From: an uncultured Bacteroidales bacterium
Lineage (GTDB): Bacteria; Bacteroidota; Bacteroidia; Bacteroidales; VadinHA17
Assembly (NCBI GenBank): GCA_963828775.1
Contig: CAWHGX010000001.1
Span: forward strand, 47,415-111,414
Direction: 5' to 3'
Length of the DNA stretch: 64,000 nucleotides
Numbering within the stretch: the first letter of the stretch is position 1; the number at the start of each line of letters is the position of its first letter. Made by a program: the position numbers and the translations under genes. This document shows, piece by piece, positions 1 through 9,683 of the stretch. The notes below the pieces were generated by a model that was not told the DNA's origin, ran no database searches, and was given only the letters and a program-made list of their open reading frames with translations.

Positions 1-495
1 GATTATAAGAGTAAAGGTGTTTTTACCAGAATAGGTGTTGATTTCAATCTCCTGAAACCTGAAATGTCGATGGGCAAATACTGGGCAGGTATTGGTTTGC
101 GATACGGATTGAGCATATTTAATTCTGAGACTCCCCTTTTTAAATATGAAAACTACTGGGGTACAGTTACTTCGTCCATCCCTTCCGGGACGAGGACCGG
201 ACATTTTCTTGAAATAGCACCGGGTGTAAGAACTGAACTCTTCAGGAATTTCAGCATGGGGTGGACCATAAGGCTGAAGCTGTTAATTTCGGGAGGAGGA
301 GGAAAGGATCTGAGACCTATATACTTCCCCGGGTACGGCAATGGCGGAAACAGGACCACTGCCGGTTTCAGCTACTTCATAACCTGGAATATCCCCTACA
401 AAATTAAAACTGTTATAACCAAACCGGAGGTGGTTGAAGAGGAGACTGAAGAGGAAGCCGGGAATGCTGAAACCAACTTGCAGCTCAGGCCATAA
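1..495 (+). CDS. hypothetical protein, C-terminal part (frame open to left window edge)
   Basis: Frame 1 is open from nt 1 (DYKSKGVFTRIGVDFNLLKPE precedes the listed Met at 64). The Gly/aromatic alternating pattern (GIGLRYGLSIF, GFSYFITWNIPY) suggests a beta-barrel-type envelope protein. It has an acidic tail. No family recognised. Confidence 0.4.
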   Translation, partial: DYKSKGVFTRIGVDFNLLKPEMSMGKYWAGIGLRYGLSIFNSETPLFKYENYWGTVTSSIPSGTRTGHFLEIAPGVRTELFRNFSMGWTIRLKLLISGGGGKDLRPIYFPGYGNGGNRTTAGFSYFITWNIPYKIKTVITKPEVVEEETEEEAGNAETNLQLRP

Positions 496-589
496 TTGGC
501 ACGGATCACAGATCCGAGCCGGCGGCTTAAATATTGTGTAATTACAATGTAATTACGACAGTATCACTCCGTGGTTTAAAATCCCGGGT

Positions 590-2053
590 TTACATCTTTT
601 TGAATCCTTCGGGTTTATGACTGAAGAACCATAGTCCCATGAAAGTGAGGAATCCGTTAAGCAGGAGCAGTTCAAATCCGAACTTGTATCCATTAAACAA
701 CTCCACTGAGTACATGCTCAGGAAATAACAGGTAACCGGCGAAAGAACTGCAATATATGGAGTCACCTTGTCATTTACCTGCCGTTTTGTAAAAAGCCCG
801 AAGGAAAACAGACCCAGCAGGGGGCCATATGTGTATCCTGCAATTGTGAAAAGCTTATCGATTATAGCCCTGTCATTCAAAGACCGGAAGATCAGAATGC
901 AGACAAAGAATATCAGGGCAACTGAAATATGAACGACATATCTTGCTTTTGTTTTCGCTTTTTCAGCCATTCCTTCTTTCTTTTCGAGACCAAGGAAATC
1001 GATGCTGACAGATGTTGTAAGTGATGTAAGGGCGCCATCGGCACTTGGGAAGGCAGCAGAAATGAGTCCCATCAGGAAAACAATGCCTGCAACAGGACCA
1101 AGGTAATTGAAGGCTATTGTCGGGAACAGGTCATCGGTCAAGGCAACAGTTACATTTTTGCTCTGTGCATAAATCAGAAGAAACGCTCCCAGGATAAGGA
1201 ACAGGAAATTTACCAGGACGATAATCCCGCTAAAAGTGAACATATTCTTCTGAGCTTCCCTGATATTGCGGCAGCTGAGGTTTTTCTGCATCATTTCCTG
1301 GTCAAGTCCGGTCATTGAGATTGTAATGAACATTCCGCTGAGAAATTGTTTGATAAAGAATCTCTCATTATGCCAGTCAGTAATGAACATTTTTGAGACC
1401 GAACTGTCAAGGACTGTTCCGGCAAGTTTAAACACAGGAGTTCCCAGTTCCCTGCTTATATAAATCACTGAAAGAACCACGGCCATAAGCATGAAAGTTG
1501 TCTGAAGCGTATCGGTCCATACAATTGTCCTGATCCCGCCCTTAAGTGTGTAAAGGATGATCAGTGAGATGAAAATAAGGACATTAATCCAGAAAGGAAC
1601 ATTCCATGCATCAAAAACAAAAATCTGCAGAACATTAATTACAAGGAACATACGGAGGGATGCACCAAGGATCCTTGAGAGGATAAAGAATCCGGCTCCT
1701 GTTTTATATGACCAGAAGCCAAAACGCTTCTCAAGATAGGAGTATATTGATGTAAGTCTTAGCTTGTAGTAAAGCGGGAGAAGTACAAGGGCTATTACAA
1801 AATACCCGAAAAGATATCCGAACACCACCACCATGTAACTGAACTGAGTCTCTTTTACCCAGCCGGGAACCGACATAAAAGTGACTCCCGAAAGGGATGC
1901 CCCTATCATACCATAAGCAACTACAAACCAGGGGGATATCCTGTTACCAATGTAAAATGACTGATTATTTGCCTTTCGGGCTGTTATCCATGTAACCGCA
2001 AATAAAAGAGCTGTATAGGCGAGGAATAGAACCAGTATCAGTAATGGTTTCAT
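590..2053 (-). CDS. sodium:solute symporter (SSF) family transporter
   Basis: Long polytopic ORF. The N-terminal region FYIGNRISPWFVVAYGMIGASLSGVTFMSVPG is typical of SSF proteins. Start placed at MKPLL (ATG at 2053) rather than the ORF maximum at 2086. Confidence 0.8.
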   Translation of the reverse strand: MKPLLILVLFLAYTALLFAVTWITARKANNQSFYIGNRISPWFVVAYGMIGASLSGVTFMSVPGWVKETQFSYMVVVFGYLFGYFVIALVLLPLYYKLRLTSIYSYLEKRFGFWSYKTGAGFFILSRILGASLRMFLVINVLQIFVFDAWNVPFWINVLIFISLIILYTLKGGIRTIVWTDTLQTTFMLMAVVLSVIYISRELGTPVFKLAGTVLDSSVSKMFITDWHNERFFIKQFLSGMFITISMTGLDQEMMQKNLSCRNIREAQKNMFTFSGIIVLVNFLFLILGAFLLIYAQSKNVTVALTDDLFPTIAFNYLGPVAGIVFLMGLISAAFPSADGALTSLTTSVSIDFLGLEKKEGMAEKAKTKARYVVHISVALIFFVCILIFRSLNDRAIIDKLFTIAGYTYGPLLGLFSFGLFTKRQVNDKVTPYIAVLSPVTCYFLSMYSVELFNGYKFGFELLLLNGFLTFMGLWFFSHKPEGFKKM

Positions 2054-2167
2054 AAAAGAAGGGAAATTAATCTGCAAGGATAACAAAAAGTCAGCAGGGT
2101 AAAAAATTCCATGAAGGTTTAGTCCTCAAAAAGAATATTGGATTAATTTCGCCTAAAATCCTCCAGA

Positions 2168-2782
2168 ATGAGTTTCTCCGAGTATCCCTCAAAACTGCTT
2201 GAAAATGCTGTCAATGAGTTCGCTTCTCTCCCCGGCATTGGAAGGAAAACGGCTTTCCGCCTTGTCATGAACCTTCTCAGAAGAGATTCTGAAGAGGTTA
2301 AGCGGTTCGGTGAAAGCATTATCAGACTCCACAGGGAGATCCATTACTGCAAAGTCTGTCATAATATTTCCGACAGCGAAATATGCACTATCTGCAGTGA
2401 TGATAAAAGAGACAGAACAATGATATGTGTGGTCGAGAACATTCAGGATGTAATGGCAATTGAAAATACACGGCAGTACAAAGGAGTCTATCACGTCCTG
2501 GGAGGGATCATTTCACCTGTCGACGGTATCGGACCGGCTGATCTGAAGATTGATTCTCTGGAAGAGAAAGTAAAGGCTGGCGGTATCGCTGAGATCATTT
2601 TAGCTCTGAGTACAACAATGGAGGGTGACACGACAAATTTTTATCTTTTCAGACGGCTGAATAAGTATAATGTATATCTCACAACCCTTGCCAGGGGAGT
2701 TGCTATCGGCGACGAACTTGAATATACTGACGAAATAACGCTTGGCAGGGCGATAAATAACCGGAATCCATACCATCAATAG
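2168..2782 (+). CDS. recR: recombination protein RecR
   Basis: HhH motif [12 protein letters not shown]4 zinc finger [16 protein letters not shown], Toprim region [12 protein letters not shown] and GVYHVLGG; about 200 aa. Confidence 0.93.
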   Translation: MSFSEYPSKLLENAVNEFASLPGIGRKTAFRLVMNLLRRDSEEVKRFGESIIRLHREIHYCKVCHNISDSEICTICSDDKRDRTMICVVENIQDVMAIENTRQYKGVYHVLGGIISPVDGIGPADLKIDSLEEKVKAGGIAEIILALSTTMEGDTTNFYLFRRLNKYNVYLTTLARGVAIGDELEYTDEITLGRAINNRNPYHQ

Positions 2783-2958
2783 GCATGGGCATTAAAGATC
2801 CCTGAACGGTAATCAGTTAATTGCCTGAAGTCATACATTCAGATCTTTGTGACTGATTGTTTCAATAATAGCCGGTTCTGTTAAACATAAATGAATTTAA
2901 GTTGTTAATAAGTTAAAAACAGATTAGATGGCACAGATGCATATTAGTACTTCCCGCG

Positions 2959-4209
2959 ATGGGTGAAGGAGTTATTGAAGCTACCATTAACAAATGGCTT
3001 GTCAAAGAGGGTTCTTCTGTAAAGGAGGACGATCCCCTGGTAGAGGTGGCAACCGATAAGGTTGATTCTGAAATACCGGCCCCATCATCCGGAGTTATTG
3101 TGGAAATCAAAGCTTCCGAAGGCGCAGTGGTGAAAGTAGGCGACGTTATTGCCGTACTCGAAAACAATGCAGTGATTCAGCCTGAGGTTTCTGAAAAGAT
3201 TGAAAAGGAAGTTGAAAGGATCCGTGAGACAATTGACGCCGACCGGCGGGAAAAAAAGGAAGAGCTTCAGGTTTCGAGGGAGATGAAAAGCCGGACACCT
3301 TCCGGTAAGTTTTTATCACCGCTGGTAAGAAATATCGCTGTTCAGGAAGGGATAAGCTATTCTGACCTGGACAAGATCACCGGAACAGGGATGGATGGGA
3401 GAATTACCCGCGATGATATCCTCAGGATGATCGATGACAGGAAGAAAAAGGCTTCAGAGCCCGAAAAACAAGTGATGAGAGAGGTTCAGCCGGAATCTTC
3501 AGGTAAGGATGAAATAATAGAGATGGACAGGGTCAGGCAGCTCATCGCCGAACATATGGTTATGTCGAAAAGGATATCCCCCCATGTTACTTCATTTATC
3601 GATGCAGATGTTACACGTGTTGTTAACTGGAGAAACAGCATAAAGGATAAGTTCCTTGCAACTGAAGGTCAGAAGCTTACTCTTACTCCGATCTTTATTG
3701 ATGCTGCTGCCAGGGCTCTTCATGATTTCCCGATGATCAATATTTCAGTTGAAGGCAACACGATCATTAAAAAGAAAAACATAAATATAGGGATGGCCGC
3801 CGCGCTTCCTGACGGCAATCTCATTGTCCCCGTGATAAAAAATGCAAATGAAAAAAACCTTACCGGGATTGCCAGGGCAGTGAACGACCTGGCTGAAAGA
3901 GCGAGAAGCCACAAGCTCAAACCTGATGAGATCACGGGTGGCACTTTCACGGTCACTAATTTCGGTACCTTTAATAATCTTTCAGGGACGCCGATAATAA
4001 ATCAACCACAGGTTGCAATACTAGGGACAGGGGCGGTCAGAAAAATGCCGGCAGTGATTGAGACTCCCGACGGCGACGTAATCGGGATCCGACAGATAAT
4101 GATACTGTCGCTCAGCTATGATCACCGTGTAATTGACGGCGCACTGGCAGGCAGGTTCCTTAACAAAATCAAAGAGATCCTGGAGAATTACACACCCGAT
4201 CAGATATAG
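2959..4209 (+). CDS. 2-oxo acid dehydrogenase E2 component (dihydrolipoamide acyltransferase)
   Basis: Lipoyl domain with the lipoyl-Lys motif EVATDKVDSEIP, an E3-binding domain (SPLVRNIAVQEGISYSDLDKITGTGMDGRITRDD) and a catalytic domain (SYDHRVIDGA). The true start is probably ATG 2928 in another frame (see findings). Confidence 0.85.
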   Translation: MGEGVIEATINKWLVKEGSSVKEDDPLVEVATDKVDSEIPAPSSGVIVEIKASEGAVVKVGDVIAVLENNAVIQPEVSEKIEKEVERIRETIDADRREKKEELQVSREMKSRTPSGKFLSPLVRNIAVQEGISYSDLDKITGTGMDGRITRDDILRMIDDRKKKASEPEKQVMREVQPESSGKDEIIEMDRVRQLIAEHMVMSKRISPHVTSFIDADVTRVVNWRNSIKDKFLATEGQKLTLTPIFIDAAARALHDFPMINISVEGNTIIKKKNINIGMAAALPDGNLIVPVIKNANEKNLTGIARAVNDLAERARSHKLKPDEITGGTFTVTNFGTFNNLSGTPIINQPQVAILGTGAVRKMPAVIETPDGDVIGIRQIMILSLSYDHRVIDGALAGRFLNKIKEILENYTPDQI

Positions 4210-4232
4210 AATATTTTCCTGCCTTTCAGCTC

Positions 4233-4269
4233 CCCGTTTCTATTAATTCACAGAAAAATAGGAAACGGG
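4233..4269 (+). terminator. 12-bp interrupted hairpin downstream of the E2 gene
   Basis: CCCGTTTCTATT (4233-4244) pairs with AATAGGAAACGGG (4257-4269), with one bulged G. No clear U-tail, so its role as terminator or attenuator is uncertain. Confidence 0.3.
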
Positions 4270-4303
4270 CTGATGAATGTTTTCCAAAATTGTTATATTT
4301 GTT

Positions 4304-6508
4304 ATGATGAATAAAATCAGGGAAAAAATATTTAGCCTTTCACTGCAGCTAATTATTCTTGTTCTGTTTTCTCTTACCGCTGCCGCTCAGTCGAAGAATG
4401 AGATGAAGAAGATATTTGCCGGGGCACAATCGTACTATCTTTTTGAAGAGTATGAACTTGCCATTCCTCTTTATCTGCTTCTGGACAAGCCTGATAATTA
4501 CAATATCATGTACAAAATCGGAACATGCTACCTGAACCTCCCAGGTGAAATAAATAAAGCCATACCATATCTTGAATCCGCAGTTAAGAATTCAACCTAT
4601 GACGCAAAAATTAATTCCATCAAAGAAAAGAGAGCTCCTTTAGATGCATATTTCTACCTGGCAAAAGCTTATATGATCAATAATGAGCTTGAAAAAGCCA
4701 TGAATACATACCAGACCTTCAAAAGGCTCGCACTTGAGGCTGAGGAAAAGGGAGGAATGAAAAACCTGGCATTCGTTGACCAGCAGATTGAAGCCTGCAA
4801 GAATGCGATGGCTAATCAGGAGACTCCCTTCAGAATCAGTAAAAAGCATCTTGGAAAGGATTTCAGCCGGGGTTCGATCAATGAGAATCCTGCTGTAAGC
4901 TTTGACGGAAACACAATAGTATATACCGAACGGAGAGGCATATTGAACGCCATTATGTTCTCAAGGAAGATCAGGGGGAAATGGCAGCCTCCGGTTGAAA
5001 TAACCTCGCAGATGAATGCCGGGGATGACTGTTCTTCGTGTTCACTGAACAGCGATGGCACATTGCTGTTCCTTTATAAGACCGATAAATTTGACGGGAA
5101 CATTTATTCTTCAGAATATGTTGATGGTACGTGGACACCGATTAAAAAGCTTAACAAGAACATAAACAGCAGGTTTTATGAATCCCATGCATGCATCTCT
5201 GCTGACGGCAAAAAGCTCTATTTCACAAGCAACAGGACTGGCGGAATAGGAGAACTCGATATATACATATCAGAAAAAAATTCTTCGGGTGACTGGGGTA
5301 CACCTGTTAATCTGGGAAGCAAAATAAATACGATCTATAATGAAGATACTCCGTTCATCACAATCAATGATTCGCTGCTCTATTTCAGTTCTGAAGGACA
5401 CAGTGGGATGGGAGGTTATGATATCTTCAGAAGCAGCGGATCGGGATCCGTATGGGGATCTCCGGAAAGCATGGGCTTCCCGATTAATTCAACAGATGAT
5501 GACAGGTTCTTCCAGCCATTTAACAATGACCAGAATGGGTATTACTCAATAACCACTGAATACAAGAAGAAAGAAATATTTTATCTGACGCTGACAAATC
5601 CAAAGCTTGACCGGATATACGAATTATCAGGGAATTACAGTCTCAGGGATACTGTTGTCACATATGATGAAGGCAATGCTATCTACCTGACCGACCGGGT
5701 ATCAGGCGACACACTGGAGACAGGCTATCCTGACAGGATCACCGGGAAATACAACTTTATTGTGGCTTCAGGCAGATACAGACTGATCTATACAGGACCA
5801 AAGGGCTATTATCCGCAGAGTATCGATACTTCAATTGTTATGAATAGTCCTGCACGGGTCATCAGCCTTGAAGATGTTATTCTTGATAAACATCCGGCTG
5901 TTATAAAACCAGCTGTCTATGAAAAGCTTGACCTCTCGGATATTCCAGTCGTCGATAAAATAGATTCCAGTATCCTCATCAGAAACCTGCGGGTTTATGA
6001 TGTAACCGAGAATGACTTCCGGGATACTACAATCCTGTATTACACGGTACAGGTAATGGCGCTTTATAATCCTGTAGATATCAGTTACTTCAGATATGTT
6101 TCAGATATCAAGGTCTTTTATAGTGAGACAGATCTTTTTTACAGATACACCACCGGAATATTCACAAACAAGGATGATGCTTATACTCACAGGGATGATC
6201 TGATTAACAAAGGTTACCCTGATGATCTGTTCATCAAGAAGGTTACCCGGATGACAGGTGAAAAACCGGTTCCGAGCCGGAAATATTACTCGATTCAGCT
6301 AAAAGCTACCAGCACTCCTGTAGACATGAAGACTACATTTGCAGGATTGAAAGGAGTAAGGGAATCACAGGAGATTGACGGTATGTACCATTATCTCTAC
6401 GGTCAGTACACTTCGGAAGCCGAAGCCAAATCGGTTATCCAGAGAAAACAGATAATGGAGTTCAAGGATGCCTTTATAAGAGAGATCAGTATATTGATCA
6501 AGAAATAG
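4304..6508 (+). CDS. TPR / PD40 (TolB-like beta-propeller repeat) / tandem SPOR-like domain envelope protein
   Basis: Signal peptide MMNKIREKIFSLSLQLIILVLFSLTAAAQS, an N-terminal TPR-like region, and PD40-like repeats (LYFTSNRTGGIGELDIY, LYFSSEGHSGMGGYDIF). Two C-terminal SPOR-like modules (YYTVQVMAL..., YYSIQLKAT...AFIREI). ORF maximum starts at 4277. Confidence 0.7.
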   Translation: MMNKIREKIFSLSLQLIILVLFSLTAAAQSKNEMKKIFAGAQSYYLFEEYELAIPLYLLLDKPDNYNIMYKIGTCYLNLPGEINKAIPYLESAVKNSTYDAKINSIKEKRAPLDAYFYLAKAYMINNELEKAMNTYQTFKRLALEAEEKGGMKNLAFVDQQIEACKNAMANQETPFRISKKHLGKDFSRGSINENPAVSFDGNTIVYTERRGILNAIMFSRKIRGKWQPPVEITSQMNAGDDCSSCSLNSDGTLLFLYKTDKFDGNIYSSEYVDGTWTPIKKLNKNINSRFYESHACISADGKKLYFTSNRTGGIGELDIYISEKNSSGDWGTPVNLGSKINTIYNEDTPFITINDSLLYFSSEGHSGMGGYDIFRSSGSGSVWGSPESMGFPINSTDDDRFFQPFNNDQNGYYSITTEYKKKEIFYLTLTNPKLDRIYELSGNYSLRDTVVTYDEGNAIYLTDRVSGDTLETGYPDRITGKYNFIVASGRYRLIYTGPKGYYPQSIDTSIVMNSPARVISLEDVILDKHPAVIKPAVYEKLDLSDIPVVDKIDSSILIRNLRVYDVTENDFRDTTILYYTVQVMALYNPVDISYFRYVSDIKVFYSETDLFYRYTTGIFTNKDDAYTHRDDLINKGYPDDLFIKKVTRMTGEKPVPSRKYYSIQLKATSTPVDMKTTFAGLKGVRESQEIDGMYHYLYGQYTSEAEAKSVIQRKQIMEFKDAFIREISILIKK

Positions 6509-6601
6509 CGGACATATTCATTCTCTTGTTTATCTTTATAAAGAAATGGTAACCTCGGATCTGGATTTTATATTTATTGTCATTTGTAATAACTCTGAAA
6601 A

Positions 6602-9121
6602 ATGAAACACATTTACTTCACAAAAAAAGTATTCATCTTTTCAGTCCTGTTGACTGGATTTGCTTCGTTATGCGCTCAGGATGCTGCCCGAAAAGATTTC
6701 CAGAAAGCTTTTCAGAATGCTGACATCTATTTTTATTATGATGAGAATTATCTTAGGGCGGCAAGCTTATATGAGCCTCTCGTTAAAGATCATCCTGATA
6801 ACTATAACCTGGCTGCCAAACTGGGAATCTGCTATCTTAATCTCGACGGGAGAAAAGAGGAAGCCCTGAGACTGCTTAGGAAAGCATCACAGGGAGTCGT
6901 ATCAAGTGAGAAAGAGTATAAGCAAACAGGTGATAAAGCCCCTCTTGATACATACCTGTATCTGGCAATCGCATTCCATCGCAACGACAGCCTGGAAAGA
7001 GCCATGACCTTTTTCAATGAGGTTAAAAAAAGGCTTGTGGAAACTGACCCTTACCAGGAAGATTTCATCAACCTTCAGATCCGGAACTGCCGGTATGCAA
7101 TGGAGATGAAAAAGAGACCCATGAGAATAATCTCCGAATACTTTACGCCATGGCTGCCCGATTATCCTGGAGCCTGTAATCCTGTCCTGGCAAAAAACGA
7201 TTCTGTTTTTGTTTTTACTGTAAAAAATGAAGGAGTAACCCAGGTATATTGCTCATATAAGAACAAAACATGGGAGAAACCTGTCAATATTACAGAGCAG
7301 CTTGGAGGATACGACAGGTTTTACACCAACTCAATCACAGGCGACGGAAAGATGCTTGTCATGTTCATGGACGACGGCGCTGACGGAAATCTTTACTACA
7401 GCACAAGAAGTGACACGACCTGGTCTAAGATCAAAAGCGTTGGGAGATATGTTAATTCAATATACTGGGAGGCTCACGGATTTGTTACACCCGACGGCAA
7501 GACGATGTACTTCTCGAGTAACAGGCCTGGCGGTGAAGGAGAGCTTGATATCTGGTCATCGCAAAGGCTTGCCGATGGTTCATGGGAACGTCCGGTGAAC
7601 CTGGGGAACGTCATAAATACTCCGTATGATGAAAGCACACCCTATTTTGATGTGGCAAATAACGCATTGCTATTCAGCTCAATAGGACATATAAGCATGG
7701 GAGCATATGATGTATTCAGATCAATAAACAGAGGTGGAACATGGACCCAACCGGTGGGAATGCCCTATGCATTCAATACTGTCCAGGAAAACACGAATTT
7801 TATCCTGAACAACAATCTTCCGGGATTTGTTGCCAGCCGTTTTGATGACAAAACCAATCAAAGAAACATCTATGCAATTGTTGCTATTGATCCTGCTGAT
7901 GAAATTACCAGAGCCTCAGGATCAATTAAGCTGGAAGATGGCATGGCTGTCGATCCTGATGTCTCACTCATTACTGTGAAAAATTTAAAAACCGGGGAAA
8001 TAATTCAGAATATACCGGTTGCACAGGACGGATCATTCAATTTTGATGTCAAACCCGGAGAATATGAGGTATACGTAAGCCATGACGGATATAATACCGA
8101 TACAATTAATCTAAGTCTGCCACTTTACTATACGGGCAGTTACCTCGCTGTAAATCCATCACTTGAGCCTGACAAGGTATCAGCCGGCGATTTCCTCTCA
8201 ATCAGAAATGTACTGTTCGAGTTTGATAAATATGAACTGACAAATGAAGCTGTACCAACCCTCGAGCTGGTTAAAAATGTTATGATAAATTATCCCGAAC
8301 TTACTATTGAAATTGCTGGTTATACGGATGCAAAAGGAAGTACGGATTACAACAGGAGACTTGCTGACAAGCGAGCCCAGGCTGTAATAGACTATTTCAC
8401 ATCGGCCGGGATTGACCAGACTAAATTTGTTAAGAAAGCATTCGGGGAATTGAATTTTGCCGCTGTCAATACTAATCCTGACGGAACCGATAACCCTGAA
8501 GGAAGAAAATATAACAGGAGGGTTACATTCGGGATCGTCAATCCAAAAACCGGGGTTGTCCTGCGGCAGGAAGCTTATACACCTCAATACCTGAGACAAC
8601 CCAGTTCAATGAAATACAGCATTGTGCTCCTCCAGACAAAGGACAGGATCTATTCCGGGTATTTCAGCAACCTTATTAAGGATGAGATGCTGTTTGTAAG
8701 GACAATAAAGACCGATTCTCTTAACCTGTATACACTTGGTGTATTTTACAACCGTCCCGACGCCGTAACTTACCTTGGTTACTTAAGGGAAAACGGACTC
8801 CAGGATGCTTACATAATCAACCTCTACGATCTTGACAACCCAGCTGAACAGGTAACTGGTGCAGAGGTACAAATGGAAGAACCTTCACTTACACGGAGAG
8901 TATTTACAATACAACTGAAGGCAACAAAGAGCCCTATCGATGTAAACAGGATATTCCCGGGTTACAAGGGGGTACAGGAAATTGTTGCTGATGATGGTTT
9001 TTATAAATATGTATATGGAGAATATAACTCTGTTGCAAAGGCAAGGGAGGCTCTGGCAGGTATCAAGGAAAATTATGAGGATGCCTTTATCAGGGAAATG
9101 AATGTTCCGCTAAATAAATAG
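6602..9121 (+). CDS. TPR / PD40 / OmpA-like peptidoglycan-binding / SPOR-like envelope protein (paralog of 4304-6508)
   Basis: Same N-terminal layout as the upstream gene (MYFSSNRPGGEGELDIW, LLFSSIGHISMGAYDVF). It adds an OmpA_C-like domain (IEIAGYTDAKGSTDYNRRLADKRAQAV...NRRVTF) and two SPOR-like modules (FTIQLKAT...AFIREM). Confidence 0.75.
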   Translation: MKHIYFTKKVFIFSVLLTGFASLCAQDAARKDFQKAFQNADIYFYYDENYLRAASLYEPLVKDHPDNYNLAAKLGICYLNLDGRKEEALRLLRKASQGVVSSEKEYKQTGDKAPLDTYLYLAIAFHRNDSLERAMTFFNEVKKRLVETDPYQEDFINLQIRNCRYAMEMKKRPMRIISEYFTPWLPDYPGACNPVLAKNDSVFVFTVKNEGVTQVYCSYKNKTWEKPVNITEQLGGYDRFYTNSITGDGKMLVMFMDDGADGNLYYSTRSDTTWSKIKSVGRYVNSIYWEAHGFVTPDGKTMYFSSNRPGGEGELDIWSSQRLADGSWERPVNLGNVINTPYDESTPYFDVANNALLFSSIGHISMGAYDVFRSINRGGTWTQPVGMPYAFNTVQENTNFILNNNLPGFVASRFDDKTNQRNIYAIVAIDPADEITRASGSIKLEDGMAVDPDVSLITVKNLKTGEIIQNIPVAQDGSFNFDVKPGEYEVYVSHDGYNTDTINLSLPLYYTGSYLAVNPSLEPDKVSAGDFLSIRNVLFEFDKYELTNEAVPTLELVKNVMINYPELTIEIAGYTDAKGSTDYNRRLADKRAQAVIDYFTSAGIDQTKFVKKAFGELNFAAVNTNPDGTDNPEGRKYNRRVTFGIVNPKTGVVLRQEAYTPQYLRQPSSMKYSIVLLQTKDRIYSGYFSNLIKDEMLFVRTIKTDSLNLYTLGVFYNRPDAVTYLGYLRENGLQDAYIINLYDLDNPAEQVTGAEVQMEEPSLTRRVFTIQLKATKSPIDVNRIFPGYKGVQEIVADDGFYKYVYGEYNSVAKAREALAGIKENYEDAFIREMNVPLNK

Positions 9122-9138
9122 GTCTGTATAATACAACT

Positions 9139-9666
9139 TTGATGAAATATAAGGAAATCAGTTTGCGGGCTATGGAGCCCGAAGACCTTGAATTGCTGTA
9201 TGAATGGGAAAATGACACGTCATACTGGATAATAAGCAATACTGTTGTACCATTTTCAAAATATACCCTGAAACTCTATCTTGAGAATTCGCACAAGGAT
9301 ATTTATGAAACGGGTCAGCTAAGGCTGATGATCGACCATATCCCCGATAATGTTTCGATAGGCACAATTGATCTTTTTGATTTTGATCCGTTCCATAAAA
9401 GAGCCGGACTGGGAATACTTATCGCAAGACAGGATTACAGACGGAAGGGATATGCTTCCATGGCGCTCAAATGCCTTGTCGACTATTGCTTCAAAACCTT
9501 GCAGCTTCATCAGATATACTGCAATATACTGGCGAACAATTGTGAAAGCATGGATCTGTTTAAAAAAATCGGGTTCGTGCAGTCAGGACTAAAAAAGGAC
9601 TGGATTAAAACCTCTGATGGCTATTTGGATGAATACATGTTCCAGATGATTAATCCTGATACGTAA
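9139..9666 (+). CDS. GNAT family N-acetyltransferase
   Basis: 175 aa. Acetyl-CoA binding region ILIARQDYRRKGYASMAL and the overall RimJ/SpeG-like pattern (LRAMEPEDLELLYEWEN). Confidence 0.7.
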   Translation: MMKYKEISLRAMEPEDLELLYEWENDTSYWIISNTVVPFSKYTLKLYLENSHKDIYETGQLRLMIDHIPDNVSIGTIDLFDFDPFHKRAGLGILIARQDYRRKGYASMALKCLVDYCFKTLQLHQIYCNILANNCESMDLFKKIGFVQSGLKKDWIKTSDGYLDEYMFQMINPDT

Positions 9667-9683
9667 TTATAACTCATCTGCCA

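Noticed and set aside
4294-4301. TATATTTG box as promoter of the TPR/PD40 gene
   Set aside because: It ends only 3 nt before the ATG at 4304, inside the longer ORF from 4277. It cannot serve a transcript that includes either start.
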